Source: Acidaminococcales bacterium (GTDB lineage Bacteria; Bacillota; Negativicutes; Acidaminococcales; JAISLQ01). From it: a stretch of 64,000 nt of DNA. The stretch lies in the NCBI GenBank assembly GCA_031290885.1, contig JAISLQ010000006.1:39639-103638 (forward strand). Reading direction: 5' to 3'. Below the pieces are notes generated by a model. That model saw only the letters and a list, made by a program, of their open reading frames with translations. It was not told the DNA's origin and did not search any database. A program made the translations under genes and the position numbers. Each line of letters starts with the position of its first letter. The first letter of the stretch is position 1. This document shows positions 57,275-64,000 of this stretch, piece after piece.

Positions 57275-58636
57275 ATGTTTTTTGACGCGGTAATCGAGAA
57301 TGGAATATTGGTTGACCCGGAGGCCATGACAAGCGAGCGCAAAAACATCGGGATAACCGGCGGCCGGATCGCCGCCGTCAGCAGGGAAAAGCTATCCGGG
57401 AAAGATACTTTTGACGCGGCGGGGCAATTGGTGGCGCCAGGTTTTATTGACATTCACGGCCATATAGATGGCAATTTTTATTCCGCTGAGTTGTCCCTGC
57501 GCCAGGGCATCACCACTACCGTCGGCGGCAATTGCGGCAGCGGCCCGCTTTTAATGGCGGATTTCTTTGCCCGGCAGCAATCCGATCCTTTGCCGATAAA
57601 CCAAGCGGAGCTTTTTGGCATGACCTACAGCCTGCGCGCGCATTTGGGCGGGATAGAGCCCTTGATGGCGGCCGGCCGGAAAGAGATCGAAAAGATGAAG
57701 GAACTGGCGCAAACCGCCTTTGCCGAAGGCGCGTGCGGCCTGTCCATAGGCCTGGCCTACGCCCCCGGTTCCTCCGACGAGGAAATATATTCCCTCGCCG
57801 AAATCGCGGCCAAATACGGCCGGATCGTCAGCGTCGACACCCGTATGCGCACGCCGCTGGATCTGTATTCGCTGGTGGAAGTTTTGCTGCTCGCCAAAAA
57901 TACCGGGGCGCGCGTCCAGATATCGCACTTTGTCTATCAGTACGGCGACGGCCTGGTGGAGGAGGCTCTCTCCGCCATAGACCGGGCGCGCGGGGAAGGC
58001 ATCGACGTCCGGCTGGACAGCGGCATGTATACCCAATGGGCCACCGGCCTGCAGGCCGTGCTTTTCGACCGCGACTATTTGCGGGAAAACCAATGGGATT
58101 TCAGCGACATATTGGTAATAACCGGCCCTTACAAAGGGCGGCGGCTCGACCCGGAACTTTACGACCGGCTGCGCGCGGCCGGCAATCCCGGAGCGCATAC
58201 CTCGGTCGTCGTCTTTACCGGCGTCGAGTCGGAAATATACGCCGCCCTCCGGCATCCCTGGTGCATGCCGTCTACCGATACGGGACGCTACCTGCCGGGC
58301 GAAGGCCATCCACAGATTGCGGGCAGTTTCCCGCGTTATTTCCGCAAGATGGTCGTCGAAAAAAATTTTTTGACGGTTGAGGAAGCCGTACGCAAAGCGA
58401 CCCTTTTGCCGGCTCAAACGCTGGGGCTGAAAACAAAAGGACGTTTGCGCGCAGGCTGTGACGCCGATATTGTGACTTTTGACTTGGCGCGGATGGCGGA
58501 CCGGGCGGGCTTTCTGCCGGAAAAGCAACCGGACGCCCCGCCGGAAGGCATCGGATATGTGTTTGTCAATGGGTCGTTGGCGCTCGAAAACGGCCAATTG
58601 AAAAACATTAGGGCCGGACGCCCTATCATATTTTAA
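57275..58636 (+). CDS. Amidohydrolase, N-acyl-D-amino-acid deacylase (D-aminoacylase)-like
   Basis: MFFDAVIENGILVDPE...GITGGRIAAV...DAAGQLVAPGFIDIHGHID...TTTVGGNCG...ISHF, with a C-terminal GRLRAGCDADIVTFD...VFVNG. I chose the internal ATG at 57275; the ORF track starts at 57191. Confidence 0.75.
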   Translation: MFFDAVIENGILVDPEAMTSERKNIGITGGRIAAVSREKLSGKDTFDAAGQLVAPGFIDIHGHIDGNFYSAELSLRQGITTTVGGNCGSGPLLMADFFARQQSDPLPINQAELFGMTYSLRAHLGGIEPLMAAGRKEIEKMKELAQTAFAEGACGLSIGLAYAPGSSDEEIYSLAEIAAKYGRIVSVDTRMRTPLDLYSLVEVLLLAKNTGARVQISHFVYQYGDGLVEEALSAIDRARGEGIDVRLDSGMYTQWATGLQAVLFDRDYLRENQWDFSDILVITGPYKGRRLDPELYDRLRAAGNPGAHTSVVVFTGVESEIYAALRHPWCMPSTDTGRYLPGEGHPQIAGSFPRYFRKMVVEKNFLTVEEAVRKATLLPAQTLGLKTKGRLRAGCDADIVTFDLARMADRAGFLPEKQPDAPPEGIGYVFVNGSLALENGQLKNIRAGRPIIF

Positions 58637-58764
58637 AACCGCGTAGGTTTCCTTATTGCCCGGGCTGTGTTAAAATCTAACTGCGAACGGGACTTGCTTA
58701 GGCGCTGTTTTATGTGCAGTTCGGCTTTTGCCGCAGGCCGGTTCGCGCTAAAAGTTATGGGGAG

Positions 58765-59805
58765 ATGATCATATTGCACATGGCGGATGCTTTGATTTCA
58801 CCGGCGGTGGGAGCGGCAATGTGGGCCGCGTCGGCGGGGCTTGTGGCGTATTCGGCGAAAAAAACCGGGGGCTTGGGCGACGAGCGCAAGGCGCCGCTCA
58901 TGGGCGCGGTAGGCGCTTTTGTTTTTGCCGCGCAGATGATAAATTTTACCATCCCCGCTACCGGCTCCAGCGGGCATTTGGTCGGCAGCATATTGTTGGC
59001 CGCCTTGCTCGGAAGGCACGCGGCGTTCTTGACTATTGCCTCTATCTTGACCGTACAGGCACTATTTTTCGCGGACGGCGGCCTTCTGGCCTTGGGCTGC
59101 AATATTTTCAACATGGGCGCGATCCCTTGCTATATAGCCTACCCCCTGATTTACAAACGGCTTTTGACTGAAAGGCCCACAGGCAAAAGCATCTGCCGCG
59201 CGTCCGTGTGCGCGTCGGCCATCGGCCTGCAGATCGGGGCCTTGGGCGTCGTGGCCGAAGTTACCCTCTCCGGCGTCACGCAATTGCCGACGGGCTTGTT
59301 TCTCTTGCTCATGCAGCCGATACACTTGGCGATCGGCATTGTGGAAGGTTTCATCACCGCCGCGGTCATTATGTATGTTTTCAGCCAGCGGCCGGAACTC
59401 ATAAATATCGGCGAACAGGCTGATTTGAAAAACAGTTATTCTTTGCGCTCGCTTTTTGCCTTCTTCATTTTGGCGGCAGCGGTTGCCGCGGGCGGGCTGT
59501 CCCTTTTTGCCTCAAGTTATCCGGACGGTCTGGAGTGGTCGCTCCTGCGCGCCAGCGGCCAGGAAGAGTTAGAAACGCCCGCGGGCGGCATATACGATTC
59601 CCTGGCGCAGGCGCAGGAGAAGTTTTCCGTTTTTCCCGATTATACTTTGGCGGACGCCGAGGAAGAAGGCGGCGCGACGGCGGCCATCGCGTCTGCGGCG
59701 GCTGGGCTGGCCGGAGTCGCCCTGTCCTTCGCGGCGGCTTTTTTGCTTGGCAAAGCGGCCCTTGCAGGTTACCGCAAAAAGCGCGGCGCCAGCATGGAAA
59801 CTTAA
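58765..59805 (+). CDS. CbiM/NikM-family ECF transporter substrate component fused to a C-terminal PDGLE domain
   Basis: (L)HMADALISPAVG...GAFVFAAQMINFTIP.TGSSGHLVGSILLAALLG...FFADGGLLALGCNIFNMG is CbiM-like. The C-terminus carries SSYPDGLEWS plus a final TM. The start is ambiguous: ATG at 58765, TTG at 58774 (which would give MHMADAL) or ATG at 58780. Confidence 0.75.
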   Translation: MIILHMADALISPAVGAAMWAASAGLVAYSAKKTGGLGDERKAPLMGAVGAFVFAAQMINFTIPATGSSGHLVGSILLAALLGRHAAFLTIASILTVQALFFADGGLLALGCNIFNMGAIPCYIAYPLIYKRLLTERPTGKSICRASVCASAIGLQIGALGVVAEVTLSGVTQLPTGLFLLLMQPIHLAIGIVEGFITAAVIMYVFSQRPELINIGEQADLKNSYSLRSLFAFFILAAAVAAGGLSLFASSYPDGLEWSLLRASGQEELETPAGGIYDSLAQAQEKFSVFPDYTLADAEEEGGATAAIASAAAGLAGVALSFAAAFLLGKAALAGYRKKRGASMET

Positions 59806-59811
59806 AACGCA

Positions 59812-60795
59812 ATGCTTAGTGAAATATACGAAAATATTTATCTGAACGAAATAACCCTGCCCAACAGCCCGCTGAAATATCTCAACAGTTACATCATAAA
59901 AGACGGCGAGCGCCCCTTGGTCATCGACACCGGGTTCAACCGCCCGGAATGCCGCGAGTGCTTTCTGGCCGGGCTGGAGGAACTGTCCATAGACATAGGG
60001 CAAACCGACGTTTTGATTACTCATCTTCATTCCGATCATTGCGGGCTGATTCATGAATTGCAGGAAAGAGGCGCCCGCATAATGATGGGGGAATTGGAGT
60101 CGCCAAGCATCGTTGCCCTCAATGACCCGCGCTATTGGGACAAAATGGCAAAATTGGCGCACGTGTACGATCTGGAAAAATACGGCCTGGAAATCGGCGA
60201 CCATCCCGGCTACAGATTCCGGCCTGGCGACATAAACGATTATCGGACTTTATCGGCGGGCGAAACATTAAAAAAAGGCGGCTACAATTTCCAGGTTTTG
60301 TTGACGCCCGGGCACACCCTTGGTCACATAGCCCTTTACGAAGCGGGACATGGGTTGCTGTTTTGCGGCGATTTGATATTGGAGAAAATTACCCCCACCA
60401 TTACTTTCTGGGGTTTTGAGCATGACATACTTCAGGTGTATTTCGATACCTTGGACAAAATCAGGCGGCTGCCCGTGAAGTTTCTGCTGACCGGCCACCG
60501 GGCTTTGCTGAAAGACCACGGCCGGCGGATAGGCCAGCTGATGGCCCATCACGAAAAGCGGCTGGCGGAAATAAAGGACATCTTGCAAGGCGGCGAAAAG
60601 AGCGTGGCCGCTACGGCGGGCAGGATGACTTGGGAGATAAAGGCAAAATCGTGGGAAGATTTTCCCAAGGCGCAAAAATGGTTCGCCGCCGGGGAAGCGA
60701 TGGCGCATTTGGAACACCTGTGCCGGCGCGGGCAAATAGAGCGCCGGGACGAAAACGGCATATTGCTGTACAAAGCAAGCCGCCGGACGGAATAA
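59812..60795 (+). CDS. MBL-fold metallo-hydrolase
   Basis: The ORF is 327 aa. It shows VIDTGF, the zinc motif ITHLHSDHCG, TPGHTLGH and LTGH. Confidence 0.85.
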   Translation: MLSEIYENIYLNEITLPNSPLKYLNSYIIKDGERPLVIDTGFNRPECRECFLAGLEELSIDIGQTDVLITHLHSDHCGLIHELQERGARIMMGELESPSIVALNDPRYWDKMAKLAHVYDLEKYGLEIGDHPGYRFRPGDINDYRTLSAGETLKKGGYNFQVLLTPGHTLGHIALYEAGHGLLFCGDLILEKITPTITFWGFEHDILQVYFDTLDKIRRLPVKFLLTGHRALLKDHGRRIGQLMAHHEKRLAEIKDILQGGEKSVAATAGRMTWEIKAKSWEDFPKAQKWFAAGEAMAHLEHLCRRGQIERRDENGILLYKASRRTE

Positions 60796-61047
60796 TCCGC
60801 CATCAACGCCTTTGCCGCGCCGCTTTCCGTCATGCTCTTTCTCTGCCACAGGCTTGCGCTCCCCTCATTGTCGTTTCCTCAGACTAAATGATGGCGCTTT
60901 GCCCTGTGGTTTTTATCTGCGGCATTTCATTTTGCAATGCACTCGCGGCATTAATTGGGCGCTTGCCCCAGAAAATATGTTGCGAATATGGATAAGGCAG
61001 TATAAAATATAAATGCGAATTGTCAAAACAATACAAAAATCCGGCCA

Positions 61048-61953
61048 ATGGCTCGGAGTCCTTCCCAAAGGGTGATTTTTTTGCCATTTTTGACCGTTAC
61101 GGAAACCGCCCGCGCCAAAATCAACCTGACGCTCGACGTGTTGGGAAAGCGGCCGGACGGGTATCATGAAATAAAGACGATCATGCAGTCGCTCGCCCTG
61201 TCCGACAGCATCGAGATCGGCGCAACGGACGGCCCGCTGTCGGTCAGCGTGGAAGGGGCGGATTTGCCGGGCGGAGAGGGCAATATAGCTTTTGGCGCGG
61301 CGCGCCTTATGGCCGCAGCCGCCGGGAGGTCGCCGGCGCTCACGATAAAAATCGTCAAGCGCATTCCGGTCGCCGCCGGGCTGGCCGGCGGCAGTGCCGA
61401 CGCCGCCGCCGTCCTGCGGGGGATTGACCGCCTGTGGAACCTGCGCTGGTGCGATGCGCGGCTGGAGGCGATCGCGGCCAGTCTCGGATCGGACGTACCT
61501 TTCTGTTTGCGCGGCGGCAGCGCGCTGGCGTCCGGGCGCGGCGAGATTGTCGCCCCTCTGCCGGATTGCCCGGATTTTGCGGTTGTCCTGGCTTGCCCGG
61601 ATTTTGCGGTGGCGACAAGCGCGGTATACGCCAATTACGCGCCGGCAGCCGCCGGCAGGCGGCCCGATACGGAATTGGCCGCCAAGGCCCTGGCGCTGGG
61701 CGATCGGGAGCTTCTGGCCGGGCAGCTTTGCAATGTGCTGGAGTCTGTCACATTTAAGATGTTCCCGGAAGTTGAGCGGTTAAAACATACGCTTATTGAC
61801 GCGGGCGCAGCAAGCGCCATGTCAGGCAGCGGGCCGGCGGTGTTCGCTCTGGCGCCGGATAGGGAAACGGCCGAAAGAGCCGCCGCCGCCGTTAAAGACA
61901 AAACAAAGGCGCGGGTATGGGTTACAAAAACAGGAGGGCGTGAAAAAGCATGA
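61048..61953 (+). CDS. ispE: 4-(cytidine 5'-diphospho)-2-C-methyl-D-erythritol kinase
   Basis: ARAKINLTLDVLGKRPDGYHEIKTIMQSL, the GHMP motif KRIPVAAGLAGGSADAAAVL, GSDVPFCL and MSGSGPAVFAL are present. The true start is probably an internal GTG or TTG (61072-61090). Confidence 0.9.
   Translation: MARSPSQRVIFLPFLTVTETARAKINLTLDVLGKRPDGYHEIKTIMQSLALSDSIEIGATDGPLSVSVEGADLPGGEGNIAFGAARLMAAAAGRSPALTIKIVKRIPVAAGLAGGSADAAAVLRGIDRLWNLRWCDARLEAIAASLGSDVPFCLRGGSALASGRGEIVAPLPDCPDFAVVLACPDFAVATSAVYANYAPAAAGRRPDTELAAKALALGDRELLAGQLCNVLESVTFKMFPEVERLKHTLIDAGAASAMSGSGPAVFALAPDRETAERAAAAVKDKTKARVWVTKTGGREKA
61566..61610 (+). repeat. 18-nt exact direct repeat inside ispE (27-nt period, in frame)
   Basis: TTGCCCGGATTTTGCGGT occurs at 61566-61583 and again at 61593-61610, encoding CPDFAV twice (..DCPDFAVVLACPDFAVATS..). 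Confidence 0.9.
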
Positions 61954-62639
61954 CCAAATATCGTTTGCGGCCGGTCGATCTCAATACCTATCGCCCGCTC
62001 CGGGAAATAGTCTGCGAATCTTTGCGCACGGCGATCATCGGGGGGGTGCTGAAACCGGGGGAACGCCTGATGGAGATACAGCTGGCGGAAGAGCTTGGCG
62101 TAAGCCGGACCCCCATCAGGGAAGCGATCCGCAAACTGGAACAGGAAGGATTTATCGACATGCTGCCGCGGCGCGGCGCGTATGTCGCCAATATTTCCAT
62201 CAAAGATGTCGTAGATGTATATGAAATAAGGATCGCGCTTGATGTTTTGGCCGCCGGCCTGGCCGCCGAGCGCATAACCGGCGATGAGCTTGCGCTTTTG
62301 CGCCAGCGCCTGGGAATCATAAAAGAAGTGGTCGAGCATGGCGATATGGAAAAAATCGGCGAATACGACTGGGCGTTTCACGAGGTTTTGTACAAGGCGG
62401 GCAAAAACGACCGACTGGTGGGCATCATCAACAACCTGCGCGACCAGCTCACCAGGCTGCGCGTAACCTCCATGAATTATCAGGACAGAATAAAAGACAC
62501 TATGCTGGAACATGAACTTTTGGTGGAAAGCATCGCCATGCGCGAGCCGGAGCTGGCAAAACAAAGGGCTTTGGAACACATGCGCAACGCCGAGCGGACG
62601 CTTTTGAAAGCGATTGAGGCGGCGCGCGCGAACAGCTGA
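61950..62639 (+). CDS. GntR-family transcriptional regulator (FadR/FCD subfamily)
   Basis: It has the N-terminal wHTH LKPGERLMEIQLAEELGVSRTPIREAIRKLEQEGFI and a C-terminal all-helical FCD-like domain. It overlaps the ispE stop. Confidence 0.88.
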   Translation: MTKYRLRPVDLNTYRPLREIVCESLRTAIIGGVLKPGERLMEIQLAEELGVSRTPIREAIRKLEQEGFIDMLPRRGAYVANISIKDVVDVYEIRIALDVLAAGLAAERITGDELALLRQRLGIIKEVVEHGDMEKIGEYDWAFHEVLYKAGKNDRLVGIINNLRDQLTRLRVTSMNYQDRIKDTMLEHELLVESIAMREPELAKQRALEHMRNAERTLLKAIEAARANS

Positions 62640-62689
62640 CGGATTCGGCGGCAAAACGCCAAAGCGGCTATTTTTAAGGAAGTGATTTG

Positions 62690-63907
62690 ATGAAAGCACA
62701 GGATTTCGTTGCGCTTGGCGATATAAAGGCGGCGGCCGAACGGCTGGGCGGCGTTATAAAATGTACCCCGCTTGAATACAACAACACCTTCAGTTTAATG
62801 TCAGGCTCGGGCGTTTACCTGAAATTGGAAAACCTCCAACGGACGGGGTCGTTTAAGGTGCGCGGTGCCTACAACTGCATACAGGCGATGGATGGGGAAA
62901 GGCGCGCCTGCGGGGTCATCACGGCATCGGCTGGCAACCACGCCCAGGGCGTGGCTCTGGGCGCGGCGGCGGCCAATGTGCCGGCCACCATTGTCATGCC
63001 CGAGAACACTCCTTTGCCCAAAGTCGCCGCTACCCGCGGGTACGGCGCAAAAGTCATCCAAGCCGGGGTCGTTTACGACGATTCCTACGAGGAGGCGCTG
63101 CGGCTGCAAAAAGAGCAAGGTCTCAGTTTTGTCCACGCTTTCGACGATATGGCGGTAATCGCCGGCCAGGGGACGATCGGGCTTGAAATGATGCGCCAGA
63201 GGCCGGATATAGAAGCGGTGGTCGTGCCGGTCGGCGGCGGCGGCTTGATCGCCGGCATTGCCGCCGCCATCAAAATAATCGCCCCGCACGTCAAAGTTTA
63301 TGGAGTACAGGCGAGCGGCGCGCCCTCCGCCTATCTTTCCCGCAACGCCGGCCGCCCGGTGGAAGCGCCCGGCGTCCATACCCTGGCCGACGGCATAGCG
63401 GTGAAAAAAACGGGCGAGATAACTTTCCGCCATATACAAAGATACGTTGACGATATATTTGTAGTTAAAGACGAAGATATCGCCGCAACCATCCTTTTGC
63501 TTCTGGAACGCAGCAAACTGGTTGCGGAAGGCGCCGGCGCGGTGGGGCTCGCCGCTATATTGCACAACTTGGTGCCGCATCACGAAAGGACCGCCACCGT
63601 CATCTCCGGCGGCAATATCGACATAAACTTTGTTTCCCGGATAATTGAGAACGGCCTCATCAAGGCCGGCCGCCGGATCAAACTGGAAACGGATCTTGTG
63701 GACAGGCCGGGCGAATTGCGCAAATTCATTACAACCATCGCCGAACATCAGGCGAACATTGTTTATATATACCATGAACACGCGGGGAAAAACCTGCCGA
63801 TAGGCTATACCAACGTGGAAATGGATCTTGAGACCCGCGACGCCAAACACGCCGAAGCGGTAGTGGCCTCGCTCCGCCAGGCGGGGTACAAGGTGGAGGT
63901 ATTTTGA
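62690..63907 (+). CDS. ilvA: Threonine ammonia-lyase (threonine dehydratase), short form with one ACT-like domain
   Basis: YLKLENLQRTGSFKVRGAYN (PLP lysine), ASAGNHAQGVA and PVGGGGLIAGIA are present, with a C-terminal regulatory domain of about 80 aa. Confidence 0.9.
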   Translation: MKAQDFVALGDIKAAAERLGGVIKCTPLEYNNTFSLMSGSGVYLKLENLQRTGSFKVRGAYNCIQAMDGERRACGVITASAGNHAQGVALGAAAANVPATIVMPENTPLPKVAATRGYGAKVIQAGVVYDDSYEEALRLQKEQGLSFVHAFDDMAVIAGQGTIGLEMMRQRPDIEAVVVPVGGGGLIAGIAAAIKIIAPHVKVYGVQASGAPSAYLSRNAGRPVEAPGVHTLADGIAVKKTGEITFRHIQRYVDDIFVVKDEDIAATILLLLERSKLVAEGAGAVGLAAILHNLVPHHERTATVISGGNIDINFVSRIIENGLIKAGRRIKLETDLVDRPGELRKFITTIAEHQANIVYIYHEHAGKNLPIGYTNVEMDLETRDAKHAEAVVASLRQAGYKVEVF

Positions 63908-63959
63908 TTTTAAAGGCAACGCCAAATATTTTAGGAGAAATTCATGGAGGGGAAATAAA

Positions 63960-64000
63960 ATGTCAATGTTGGCGGCTGTTATTTTAGCGGCAGGCAAAGG
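63960..64000 (+). CDS. glmU: Start of a nucleotidyltransferase gene, probably GlmU (truncated by the window end)
   Basis: ATG at 63960 follows a GGAGGGG RBS. The translation MSMLAAVILAAGKG matches the GlmU/sugar-nucleotidyltransferase N-terminal motif (A.ILAAGKGTRM). Only 13 codons are visible. Confidence 0.5.
   Translation, partial: MSMLAAVILAAGK

Overview
The window is a GC-rich, Firmicutes-type chromosomal segment. The phylum call rests on three things: the L27 propeptide with a Prp protease, the comEA-comEC-holA run, and the rpsB-tsf-pyrH-frr-uppS-cdsA-dxr-rseP-ispG-proS run. Most of it is housekeeping: gatCA, groESL behind a perfect CIRCE operator, leuS and an ilvM-like/ilvB pair each behind a Leu (CUC) T-box, potABCD, rplU-prp-rpmA, ispE, ilvA and lgt.

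The outstanding accessory region is about 1.9-12.0 kb, a compact single-strand bacterial microcompartment (BMC) locus. Its gene order is ubiX, a ubiD-family decarboxylase, three BMC-H shell genes, a 264-aa degenerate BMC-like protein, one BMC-P vertex gene, an adenine-deaminase-family amidohydrolase, a cyclase/arylformamidase-family protein and a DUF1989 protein. A polar-amino-acid-type ABC importer follows. No aldehyde dehydrogenase, phosphotransacylase, alcohol dehydrogenase, RuBisCO or carbonic anhydrase is recognisable anywhere in the window. The encapsulated chemistry therefore looks like prFMN-dependent (de)carboxylation plus C-N hydrolysis, not a canonical metabolosome or carboxysome.

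Other points of note:
- A DUF4418/FtsX-type ABC operon with a His-rich mini-protein.
- A 54-aa 2x[4Fe-4S] ferredoxin missing from the ORF track.
- An orphan CbiM-PDGLE fusion between a D-aminoacylase-like gene and an MBL hydrolase.
- A cupin-DUF1343(NamZ-like)-HD operon.

I found no tRNA, rRNA, CRISPR array, transposase or integrase. All homology calls were made by eye from remembered family motifs, and no search was run. Start codons are often uncertain because the ORF track extends to the most upstream start.
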